The notes below the pieces were generated by a model that did not search any database, had not been told where the DNA came from, and saw only the letters and a program-made list of their open reading frames with translations. Shown one piece after another: positions 54,421-64,000 of a stretch of 64,000 nt of DNA (positions are counted from its first letter, which is position 1; the number at the start of each line of letters is the position of its first letter). The DNA lies in NCBI GenBank assembly GCA_963555755.3, contig OY820905.2, positions 640,001-704,000 of the forward strand. The letters are read 5' to 3'. A program made the position numbers and the translations under genes. Source of the stretch: Nitrospirales bacterium. GTDB lineage: Bacteria; Nitrospirota; Nitrospiria; Nitrospirales; UBA8639.

Positions 54421-54848
54421 CTGTCCGCCATAGCCAGAAAAACCTAGCGGGGGAAAAATACCAAGTCAAGCAATGACCTCAAATCCAAGATTAGGGGCAC
54501 GCTTTCGTGAGCGAGTGAGGACGAGCAACTGTTGCTTCAACAGTAAATTCTCGGCCACCACCGCCCTCATGCCGTCATGTTTGAGGAGTGTGATTGTGAG
54601 CGAACCCAGGCACGTGAAAACCATGAATAAAAGTTTCATGGCAGGTGAGAGTACGGAGGGTGACAGAAAAGATCAAGCCTGACAAAAGATCGGGCTGGGA
54701 GCGGAAATTAGGAATTCGCCAAGGACAGGTTCAAGCCGCCGTTGAGGCCCACCGGGTCCAGCTGCGTGAAGCGTCCGACTTCGGGATCGTAGTATCTGAC
54801 GCGATAGTAACCCCTTTCTCAGAACAAATTATTCGTGAAAAGTATTAG

Positions 54849-57800
54849 TCAACCAAAGACTTGACCCGTATCGGCTGTGCCGCCTACCGTCACATCGTCG
54901 GTGGCGAAGTCCGCGACCGATTCACTAAAGACCACGGTGAAGTTAATGGAACTGCCATTGGTCGGATCGCTTTGCCCGCCGGCTTGGTCAATCGTGACCG
55001 TGGGGCCGGTGGTATCCGTCGAGAAGGTGACGGTGTTATCCGTGGACGTCGAGGCACTATTGGCATTGCCCACACTATCGGTGGCGATATCCGCGCCAAT
55101 GGTAGCGATGACGAGGCCACCAGTGGTCATGCCTGTGACGGCCACGTTGTAGGTGGTGCCACTGCCGGTGACCGTGCCGGTGGTCGCCCCGGCTGTGCCG
55201 CCTACCGTCACATCGTCGGTGGCGAAGTCCGCGACCGATTCACTAAAGACCACGGTGAAGTTAATGGAACTGCCATTGGTCGGATCGAGTTGGCCCACCG
55301 CTTGGTCAATCGTGACCGTGGGGCCGGTGGTATCCGTCGAGAAGGTGACGGTGTTATCGAGAATGGTGGCGACACTGTTCGGGTTCCCGAGCCCATCGGT
55401 CGCGACGCCAGCCGCAATGTCGAGGACGACCGTTCCCGGGCCCGTCATATCACTGATCGCCACGTTGTAGGTGGTGCCACTGCCGGTGACCGTGCCGGTG
55501 GTCGCCCCGGCTGTGCCGCCTACTGTCACATCGCCGGTGGCGAAGTCCGCGACCGATTCACTAAAGACCACGGTGAAGTTAATGGAACTGCCATTGGTCG
55601 GATCGCTTTGCCCGCCGGCTTGGTCAATCGTGACCGTGGGGCCGGTGGTATCCGTCGAGAAGGTGACGGTGTTATCCGTGGACATCGAGGCACTGTTGGC
55701 ATTGCCCACACTATCGGTGGCGATATCCGCGCCAATGGTAGCGATGACGAGGCCACCAGTGGTCATGCCTGTGACGGCCACGTTGTAGGTGGTGCCACTG
55801 CCGGTGACCGTGCCGGTGGTCGCCCCGGCTGTGCCGCCTACCGTCACATCGTCGGTGGCGAAGTCCGCGACCGATTCACTAAAGACCACGGTGAAGTTAA
55901 TGGAACTGCCATTGGTCGGATCGCTTTGCCCGCCGGCTTGGTCAATCGTGACCGTGGGGCCGGTGGTATCCGTCGAGAAGGTGACGGTGTTATCGAGAAT
56001 GGTGGCGACACTGTTCGGGTTCCCGAGCCCATCGGTCGCGACGCCAGCCGCAATGTCGAGGACGACCGTTCCCGGGCCCGTCATATCACTGATCGCCACG
56101 TTGTAGGTGGTGCCACTGCCGGTGACCGTGCCGGTGGTCGCCCCGGCTGTGCCGCCTAATGTCACATCGTCGGTGGCGAAGTCCGCGACCGATTCACTAA
56201 AGACCACGGTGAAGTTAATGGAACTGCCATTGGTCGGATCGCTTTGCCCGCCGGCTTGGTCAATCGTGACCGTGGGGCCGGTGGTATCCGTCGAGAAGGT
56301 GACGGTGTTATCGAGAATGGTGGCGACACTGTTCGTGCCAGCCGCCGGGCCCGTCATATCACTGGTGCCACTGCCGGTGACCGTGCCGGTGGTCGCCCCG
56401 GCTGTGCCGCCTAATGTCACATCGTCGGTGGCCGGAACTGCCATTGGTCGGATCGCTTTGCCCGCCGGCTTGGTCAATGTGACCGTGGGACCGGTGGTAT
56501 CCGTCGAGAAGGTGACGGTGTTATCCGTGGACGTCGAGGCACTGTTGGCATTGCCCACACTATCGGTGGCGATATCCGCGCCAATGGTAGCGATGACGAG
56601 GCCACCAGTGGTCATGCCTGTGACGGCCACGTTGTAGGTGGTGCCACTGCCGGTGACCGTGCCGGTGGTCGCCCCGGCTGTGCCGCCTACCGTCACATCG
56701 TCGGTGGCGAAGTCCGCGACCGATTCACTAAAGACCACGGTGAAGTTAATGGAACTGCCATTGGTCGGATCGCTTTGCCCGCCGGCTTGGTCAATCGTGA
56801 CCGTGGGGCCGGTGGCGACACTGTTCGGGTTCCCGAGCCCATCGGTCGCGACGCCAGCCGCAATGTCGAGGACGACCGTTCCCGGGCCCGTCATATCACT
56901 GATCGCCACGTTGTAGCCACTGCCGGTGACCGTGCCCTGTGCCGCCTACCGATCGTCGGTGGCGAAGTCCGCGACCGATTCACTAAAGACCACGGTGAAG
57001 TTAATGGAACTGCCATTGGTCGGATCGCTTTGCCCGCCGGCTTGGTCAATCGTGACCGTGGGGCCGGTGGTATCCGGCGCAGTAGTGAAGGTGGCATCAA
57101 CGCTGGTTGCCAAATTGCCGGCGGCATCACTACTCAGAACACGAACGTGATACAGGGTGGAAGCGGTCAGCCCGGAGAGAGACACGCTATGGTTGGTCTC
57201 CAGAGTGCTATCGAGAGGAGTGACGTTACCGTACGCCGTGGTCAGCCCGTATTCTACCTGCGAATCGGCTGGCTCATTGGTGGTCCACGTAATTGTCGCA
57301 GTGGATTGAGTAAGACTTTGGCCAACCACTGGAGAAACCAGCGGAGGCAGCGTATCAGCGGTTGTAGTTGCGCTGGCTGTACCAGAGTAGGAACTGAAGT
57401 TGCCAGCAGCATCGATCGCCCGTACGCGATAGCTATAGCTTGTGTTAGTGAGCAGATCCGTATCGCTCATGGTCGTCCCTAAGGGTGTCGCAATCTGAGC
57501 GAAGTTTGAACAGCTTGCACCTTGGCACTGTTCTATTTCATATCCAGTCACACCAACATTATCATTGGATGCGGTCCAGGTTAGCGTGATTTGCGTACTG
57601 GTGACTATCGAAACCGTCAGCGTTGCTGGAGCCATTGGTGGTGTTGGATCAACAATGAGTGGCGGAGTAAAGCCGCTTAAATTTCCAGCAGCATCGCGAG
57701 CGCGCACTCGGTAGCGGTAGGTTGTATTCGCCATGACTCCAGAATCGCTAAAGGTTGTAGCAGTACTCGAGGTGGTTGCCCCAATTCCGGTAAAGTTGGC

Positions 57801-58445
57801 ACACACTGCGCCTTCACAACGTTCGACGAAATATCCTGTCACTCCAATAAGGTCAGTCGAGGGTGACCATGTTAAGTCAACTTGAGTTGGTGACACCAAC
57901 TGGTAGGCGAAGTTTTGCGGAACCGACGGGGCAGCTGTGTCGATGACTCCCCCTGTTGTCGTATTCACCACGTTAGAATATGGACTCTTTTTTCCGCCGA
58001 GATCTACAGACCGAACACGATAATGATAGAGGGTGCCACCGCTGAGACCGGAATCAAGAAACGTTATGGTCACAACAGATGAGTCAATGACACTAAACGA
58101 TCCATTGCCAATACTTTGCTCGACTTCGTAATGATCGAGCACACCATTTCCAGCCACCCACAGCAACATAATTGTTGTTGAATCCACGACGGTTGCTGAA
58201 AGGTTTAACGGCGTAGGTGGAGTAGGAGGCGGACAGTGATCGACTAAGTATAGGAAACCTTCCGAAGCAGCATGAAGGTTACGGTTCAAATTGAACTTGG
58301 GTTTTTTAGGAGGACACGGATCTGTCGATTTATGCGAAAGATGACCTTTCTCAGCGAAGACATTCGCTTCATGAGAGGAAGCAGATAGCGGGGCAAACGC
58401 AACCGCAATTCCAAGCAAAATGCTAATAATACACTGCTTCCTCAT
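54849..58445 (-). pseudogene. Surface protein with signal peptide, ~4 Fn3-like domains and ~7 Ig-like tandem repeats; frameshifted and 3'-truncated
   Basis: Fn3 motifs YRYRVRARD, YSYRVRAID; 318-bp repeats DTTGPTVTIDQA...FTVVFSESV; the ORF ends inside a junction motif. Confidence 0.85.
54870..57075 (-). repeat. 318-bp tandem repeats alternating between two variants (636-bp super-period)
   Basis: Opposite-strand ORFs recur at 55153, 55471, 55789, 56107. Variants ISDMTGPG and VTGMTTGG alternate. Confidence 0.92.
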
Positions 58446-58881
58446 GCGACCTCCTCTAAGAGCCCCCTCCGCACTCGTATGAGCGATACAAGAAATTCTT
58501 TCAGAAAATTATCTAAATTTATATTATTAAGTATATTTACGTATACACCAGTACAGACCATCTAGACAAACCCTTAGCCTCCATCCCTATTGTGGTTTTA
58601 CGGGTCTACTTTTGTTTCATTTTTACTGGTCTTTAAAACTAATTTCTTACTAAAATTTCTCCTCCATCATTTTTAACGTTTCTTAAATATTTCCAGCTAA
58701 CCTTAACAAGCACGAGTAAGAATGTTTCCGGCCTGCCCATAGATAAGCGTTGTTTCCTTCACATTCAGATCACACATAAATTTCAATCAATCAAAAAATC
58801 CAAAGACTCCTAACACCTTTTCGTCTCCCTCCATATATTTATTTCGCCCGAATAGCATGGGATCTCCTCTTTCCCAACGTC

Positions 58882-59373
58882 TCATAAAGACCCGATAGTT
58901 AAATCCTTCAGCAAAACTTTTAACTCTGATAAATATGGCGATGAATTTAAAATAAAAAAAACCATAGGCGGTTTATGCTTTATATAATGTTCTGTAGGTT
59001 GAGCTGCATTTAAAGCAAACCATACAACTTCCTTTAACGAATCCTCTATTAGATCCGTTGTTAAAATATGACCATCTTCAGGTTCTTTTATGTTTTGATC
59101 GATTTCCCGTTCAACAATGGTTTCATCCACCCAATCATGCAACCTTTCTCCTCCATTCCCACCGCAAACAAAATAGCAGACCCCTTTATCTAATAACTCG
59201 TTAACAAACAGGTCCAATTCTTGTTCAATAGCCAACTCTTCCTTGGTGGCAAAAATCGTGGCTAGAAAATAGGGTTGGGGAAGATTTAAATCTTCCGGCA
59301 AACTTGAAAATTTTTCCAAAAAGACCAAGAAAAGGTTTTGGCTCACACTTTTCCACACTTCATGAGTTCCCAT
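58882..59373 (-). CDS. Putative immunity protein
   Basis: TAATG coupling to the Rhs stop, acidic, AT-rich; YFVCGG...ERLHDWVDE. Confidence 0.75.
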   Translation of the reverse strand: MGTHEVWKSVSQNLFLVFLEKFSSLPEDLNLPQPYFLATIFATKEELAIEQELDLFVNELLDKGVCYFVCGGNGGERLHDWVDETIVEREIDQNIKEPEDGHILTTDLIEDSLKEVVWFALNAAQPTEHYIKHKPPMVFFILNSSPYLSELKVLLKDLTIGSL

Positions 59374-60890
59374 TATTTTTTATAAACCTGTTGGAGCATA
59401 TTTGTATTAGGTTTATTCGGATAAATTACAAAACCTCCAGCGGAAGCATTGAATACATCTGCGAAGGCAGGATCAATATTAAAACTAAAAGAAGGTTGGG
59501 TATCAGGTACTTCCGGGTTTGAATTATTGAAATCAGATGGTGGGTTGACTGGAGTATCACCAGGCACTGAAAGTATAAGCCCTAATACAATTAGGAACCT
59601 GTTTCCAACACTAAAAAATAAATCGAAAAAACCTTGACCATCCAACGATTTAAGAGAATTGATTTGGTTTTGATAATCATTAATACTGTGAGTCAACCCT
59701 TTGATTCTACCGTCTATTATTGATTGCCTTCGAATCAGGTTATCACCTGCCCTCTGTAAGTGACCTTTATTATCATGTGCATCTGGATTTTTCTTATAAG
59801 CCTTCAATCTTTCAATATGTATATCTCTTATATTACTTAATCCCTTGATCTTATCTAGTTGGTTTCTTGTTAATTTTGAACCCAAACCCAGATATTTACT
59901 TAAGGCATCCAGCGGAGATTGACCTGTGGGATCCCGCAAATTTATGGGGTTATTATTTACATACGCATAAAAGTTCACCCCTTCGCTGAACCCCAACGTA
60001 TCTTCCGTGAGAAACCGGCCTAACCCTGGATCATAATGCCTCGCCCGATAATAATAGAGTCCACTTTCAGTATCCCGCTCCCGACCAGTATAGCGAAGAA
60101 CTGAACAGCTTGCTCCAGCTCCGCCGATTTCATCCCCGAAGGGAGCATACTGGGTTGTTTGGATGGTTGCCCCCTCATGTCCCGAAAGACCCACGACAGA
60201 CTGCAGCGAATCATGCGCATACGTATAATTGGTCCAGACGCCTTGCGGATCGTATTGATACCCATTGACGATTTCATCAATCACGACCCCTCGAAAGAAC
60301 TGTGCTGGTTGATGGCTCCCAGTGACCTTTTCTACATGCTCCCCTTCGAGAAGATAGTCCGCAGCCACCCCAGGCCCTGCCTTACTAATTCGGTAATCCA
60401 TTGGATCGTACGAATAGGTAAAGAGCTCTCCGCCCGTGATCATTTGTGTGATACGGCCTTTGGCATCGGTGCTGTAACTATGTAGTAGAGTGCCTAATCC
60501 ATCCCAACGTTCAGTCATATTTCCATCATCATCATAGCTAAACTGATTTTCCAAGGGTCCGGTTACGCTGCCATCTCGAATTTCCAGCAGACGATTCCCT
60601 TCGTTATAGATGTAGAACTGGGTCGTCGTGTCTACTGTTTGGGTCAGACGATTTCCTACTCCATCGTAGGTGTAGTTATAGGTATTCCCCGCACCTGGAT
60701 AGACGGCATCGGTGAGGCGGTACAGGGGATCGTAGGTAAACGTCGTTGTCCCTTCGCTGCTGCTATTGGTGAGAATGTTGCCGATGCGGTCTCGCGTATA
60801 GCTTTCCTCACCCACCACACTTCCATTCGCATGCTCGGTCGTCAGACTTACCAGCCGGTTATTGTCGTCATAGCCATAGGACGTTGTGGT
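59373..60890 (-). CDS. 5'-truncated Rhs protein with helical toxin tip and conserved terminal peptide
   Basis: RYTGRE, YYRARHYDP, DPTG; tip YKKNPDAHDNKG...IIDGRI; ends GGFVIYPNKPNTNMLQQVYKK. Confidence 0.9.
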   Translation of the reverse strand, partial: TTTSYGYDDNNRLVSLTTEHANGSVVGEESYTRDRIGNILTNSSSEGTTTFTYDPLYRLTDAVYPGAGNTYNYTYDGVGNRLTQTVDTTTQFYIYNEGNRLLEIRDGSVTGPLENQFSYDDDGNMTERWDGLGTLLHSYSTDAKGRITQMITGGELFTYSYDPMDYRISKAGPGVAADYLLEGEHVEKVTGSHQPAQFFRGVVIDEIVNGYQYDPQGVWTNYTYAHDSLQSVVGLSGHEGATIQTTQYAPFGDEIGGAGASCSVLRYTGRERDTESGLYYYRARHYDPGLGRFLTEDTLGFSEGVNFYAYVNNNPINLRDPTGQSPLDALSKYLGLGSKLTRNQLDKIKGLSNIRDIHIERLKAYKKNPDAHDNKGHLQRAGDNLIRRQSIIDGRIKGLTHSINDYQNQINSLKSLDGQGFFDLFFSVGNRFLIVLGLILSVPGDTPVNPPSDFNNSNPEVPDTQPSFSFNIDPAFADVFNASAGGFVIYPNKPNTNMLQQVYKK

Positions 60891-61030
60891 TTTTCTCTCC
60901 TATTCGATTGAAACGAAAATATTTCTATGGAAAGTTTTTTCTTTAAATTACCTTTCGATGAATAAGTACCTTTTCGCCATAACCTTGATCCGAAACGCAT
61001 TCGGTCATTCTGTAATTAAGATGAGCGAAA

Positions 61031-61492
61031 TCACCTAATTTCTTCTTTCAAATAACCTACAAACTTTTCGAATTCTTTTTTCGGACCTGGTAAAAACGTT
61101 CTCATCGTTATCGTAATGTGACAAGGAAATTCCTTTTGTGAAATAAGAATCTGCACTTCATGGAAACATCTATACTTCGTGGTCACTGAAACACTGGTAA
61201 TGGCCCCTCTCTCGACTTTTTGAAAATAGGTTAAATAGGTTTTTCCGATAATCAGAAAACTATTGGTAACAGCGAATTTATATAAAAACGCATTAAATTC
61301 TCGAACAATTTCCTCTTGGACTCTGAATCCCTTAAAACAATTACTCCGCAAACTTCCCACCGGAATAACCATCAGTGGTTTTTCGTTTAACTCTGAAAAT
61401 TTTGGGTGCCCAAGCACAATCCGATTGTATCCCCCAATATAATAATGATCGAAGACAATCAAACAAATCCCAAGAACGAAAATCAGATCCAA
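61031..61492 (-). CDS. Putative immunity protein with N-terminal TM segment
   Basis: AAGGAGGAG RBS, directly downstream of an Rhs gene, AT-rich. Confidence 0.7.
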   Translation of the reverse strand: MDLIFVLGICLIVFDHYYIGGYNRIVLGHPKFSELNEKPLMVIPVGSLRSNCFKGFRVQEEIVREFNAFLYKFAVTNSFLIIGKTYLTYFQKVERGAITSVSVTTKYRCFHEVQILISQKEFPCHITITMRTFLPGPKKEFEKFVGYLKEEIR

Positions 61493-61546
61493 TCTCCAAC
61501 TCCTCCTTTTACAATTTCCTAGGGCTCATCCATCAAAGTTTCTGTT

Positions 61547-63301
61547 TTATTTAGAATATACACTTTGCAACGTATTCACATTGGGTTTATTGGGATACAG
61601 CAGAAACCCACCAGATGCTCCAGAAACTGAGCTGCTAGACGATAGACCGAAAAAATTTTGCACACCTTCTATTGCATTGTTAAATGAGTTAACTGCGTCC
61701 CCTATTACCGTACTCCGAAAAAGCGGGGTGCCTGTTGTTTGAGTTATACCAGCCTCGAAACCAGGAGTACTTCGAGATAAACCGAACTCAGTAAAGAAAG
61801 GTTCGCCGGGCCCGGAGGTGTCCGGGAAAGACACAGCACCACCAACACCTATACCCGATTTACCCGTAAAAGACCCACTCATAGAAACCCCAGGCCCCTC
61901 TAAATTACTTAAAGTTGCATCTTCACTTCCTATGAGGACGTTACCAAAAATACCCAGAGATCCGATCCCTGTACTTTTCCCTAATCCGCGTTCAGTCTGC
62001 AGAACCGCCGAAATTTCTAGGGTATCTATATCAATCGCTAATATAATACTTGCAGCTCCTTTCCCGCCAGGTGCTGTCCTGCCGGGATCGAGAACACCTG
62101 AAACACCCACATTGACCCCGACCGGTTCTAACCCTCTCGGGTCATTAGCATTAATCGGATTATTCCCGACATACGCATAAAAATTTGCATCACCCGCACC
62201 AAATCCTAATGGGTCTTCGGTGATAAACCTTCCGAGCTCAGGATCATAATACCGTGCCCGGTAGTAGTAGAGCCCACTCTCCGCATCTCGTTCCCGCCCC
62301 GTATATCTTAAGACCGAGCAACTGGCGCCTGCGCCATCGATCTCCTCACCGAAAGGGCTATATTGAGTCGTCTGGATCGTCGCACCTTCATGCCCGGAGA
62401 GGCCGACCACCGACTGCAGTGAATCATGTGCATAGGTGTAATTGGTCCAGACGCCCTGCGGATCGTATTGATACCCATTGACGATTTCATCTATCACCAC
62501 GCCACGAAAGAACTGGGCGGGTTGATGACTCCCTGTCACCTTTTCTACATGTTCACCTTCGAGGAGATACTCCGCAGCCACGCCCGGCCCTAATTTACTG
62601 ATGCGATAATCAAAAGGGTCATAGGCATAGGTGAAGGGCTGTCCGCCCGTTGTCATCTGCGTGATACGTCCCTTGGCATCAGTACCATTACTTTGTAGAA
62701 GAGTGCCTAATCCATCCCGACGTTCAGTCATATTTCCATCATCGTCATAGCTAAACTGATTTACCAAGGGTCCGGTTACGCTGCCATCTCGGATTTCCAG
62801 CAGACGATTCCCTTCGTTATAGATGTAGGCTTGGGTGGTTGTGTCTATTGTTTGGGTCAGGCGATTGCCTACTCCATCGTATGTGTAGTTATAGGTATTC
62901 CCCGCCCTTGGATAGACAGCATCGGTGAGGCGGTACAGGGGATCGTAGGTAAACATCGTCGTGCCCTCGCTGGTCGTCACCGTTTGGATATTTCCTACAC
63001 GATCCCGGGCATACGTTTGCTCGCCCACGACACTTCCATTGGCATGCTCGCTCTTTAAACTCACCAAGCGATTGTTGTCATCATAGCCATAGGATGTGGT
63101 GGTCCCATTCGAGAGTATTCGCGTCAGCAACCGGCCTGCGGGGTCATACTGATACCACACTTCGACGTAGTCGGGATTGCGCATGCTAACTAGGCGATTG
63201 GCACTATCGTAACGATAGTCCGTGACCGCACCTTGATAGTCGGTCTTGGTCAGGATATTGCTCATCGGATTTCTCACCATTCTCCTTGTGACATGTGCCA
63301 T
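61547..63301 (-). CDS. 5'-truncated Rhs protein with Gly-rich tip and conserved terminal peptide
   Basis: YD repeats, YYRARYYDPELGRF, DPRG; ends GGFLLYPNKPNVNTLQSVYSK. Confidence 0.9.
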   Translation of the reverse strand: MAHVTRRMVRNPMSNILTKTDYQGAVTDYRYDSANRLVSMRNPDYVEVWYQYDPAGRLLTRILSNGTTTSYGYDDNNRLVSLKSEHANGSVVGEQTYARDRVGNIQTVTTSEGTTMFTYDPLYRLTDAVYPRAGNTYNYTYDGVGNRLTQTIDTTTQAYIYNEGNRLLEIRDGSVTGPLVNQFSYDDDGNMTERRDGLGTLLQSNGTDAKGRITQMTTGGQPFTYAYDPFDYRISKLGPGVAAEYLLEGEHVEKVTGSHQPAQFFRGVVIDEIVNGYQYDPQGVWTNYTYAHDSLQSVVGLSGHEGATIQTTQYSPFGEEIDGAGASCSVLRYTGRERDAESGLYYYRARYYDPELGRFITEDPLGFGAGDANFYAYVGNNPINANDPRGLEPVGVNVGVSGVLDPGRTAPGGKGAASIILAIDIDTLEISAVLQTERGLGKSTGIGSLGIFGNVLIGSEDATLSNLEGPGVSMSGSFTGKSGIGVGGAVSFPDTSGPGEPFFTEFGLSRSTPGFEAGITQTTGTPLFRSTVIGDAVNSFNNAIEGVQNFFGLSSSSSVSGASGGFLLYPNKPNVNTLQSVYSK

Positions 63302-63414
63302 TCCCTGATTGACGCACAGTTACGCATAGTGCACCTCATTAACTCTTCTAAACTCACCAGCCCTAGCTCTTGGGCTTTTTTCATAAAAAAGGTTCCTGAC
63401 ACTTTTTTCTTTCC

Positions 63415-63741
63415 CTATTTCTTCTTTAAAACACTTCCTCCCATGTGTCTGTCAATAAATTCATCACTAACCAGATCCAATTTTTTTATCATTTTTTCCC
63501 ACAGCATTACGCCAAAGCCCACACCAACAGCCGCACCAATGATGAAAAAGAAGAAGGCAATTTTCACATCTATATTACTTACTTCATCCAGAAAAATGGG
63601 ATCCAGTGATCCATGCTTCACTAGAAAAAATAAAGCCCCTATTCCTGTTGCACCCAACATCCCCAAAACGGATATAAACACCACCAATAAAAATGATGCC
63701 AAAAACTTTCGTGTTCGGGAATCCTTCAATCGACCAGGCAT
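63415..63741 (-). CDS. Two-TM putative immunity protein
   Basis: GGAG RBS before ATG 63741, 13 nt after the upstream toxin stop; two hydrophobic helices. Confidence 0.75.
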   Translation of the reverse strand: MPGRLKDSRTRKFLASFLLVVFISVLGMLGATGIGALFFLVKHGSLDPIFLDEVSNIDVKIAFFFFIIGAAVGVGFGVMLWEKMIKKLDLVSDEFIDRHMGGSVLKKK

Positions 63742-63754
63742 ACACTCCAATTTC

Positions 63755-64000
63755 CTATTTCGAATACACCGCTTGTAGCATATTGAGGTTTGGTTTGTTT
63801 GGATATAATAAGAAACCTCCAGCAGCATTGGAGAGACTGGGGCCCTGATCTAAGCGTGGTAGATCAAAATTAAAGCGAGCGTTTGAAAGGGGTCCAGCAA
63901 GTCCTAAGGGTACGACAGGCAAATTGCTGAGCGTATCCCCTACAAACCCTCCTGCTAAATCAAGTCCTGAAGAAAGAACTCCTTGCGCAGTTCCTCCTGC
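63755..64000 (-). CDS. C-terminal end of a further toxin (probably Rhs), partial; absent from the ORF track
   Basis: Open frame AGGTAQGVLSSG...SLSNAAGGFLLYPNKPNLNMLQAVYSK* (TAG 63755-63757). Confidence 0.85.
   Translation of the reverse strand, partial: AGGTAQGVLSSGLDLAGGFVGDTLSNLPVVPLGLAGPLSNARFNFDLPRLDQGPSLSNAAGGFLLYPNKPNLNMLQAVYSK

Noticed and set aside
42041..54870. Junction motif as CRISPR repeats
   Set aside because: Spacing is irregular (0.3-10 kb) and orientations are mixed.
54870..57075. Regular repeats as a CRISPR array or DGR template
   Set aside because: They are coding 318-bp Ig repeats with no spacers, no adenine-specific variation and no RT or cas genes.
54861..57482. Long plus-strand ORFs
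   Set aside because: Antisense shadows of GC-rich repeat codons.
63742..63828. N-terminal extension of ORF 63415-63828
   Set aside because: It overlaps the upstream toxin tail in another frame; the RBS supports ATG 63741.

Overview
This window looks like a Nitrospirota/Nitrospirales-type chromosome segment, inferred from gene content and repeat families. It has three parts. (1) 1-10.4 kb is the right end of a decayed island at the 3' end of tRNA-Pro(CGG). It holds a broken tyrosine integrase, two SGNH-like proteins and a GT2 glycosyltransferase split by a DUF4338-carrying ISAs1 element that itself contains an IS1595; both target-site duplications are visible. (2) 10.7-41.5 kb is mostly housekeeping (ald, htpX, squalene synthase, CDF transporter, tatD, amidase, truA, gdh, fbaB, cysE, ispF, ispD, fbp). 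It also has a nonsense-interrupted multidomain surface protease, a sigma54-driven PEP-CTERM gene and many MITE-like repeats. (3) 41.65-64 kb is a decaying Rhs polymorphic-toxin island with four orphan Rhs toxin/immunity modules plus a probable fifth at the window edge, TA pairs, IS6/IS3/IS4 remnants, RAYT remnants, a candidate group II intron fragment, an attC-like palindrome and an Fn3/Ig-repeat surface protein. Two signals stand out. A ~22-aa peptide (GGFxxYPNKPNxNxLQxVYxK*) is conserved at the protein level after the unrelated toxin tips of three consecutive toxins. A family of TGACCC/TGACAC-type RAYT-like end motifs with local stutter marks most module junctions.
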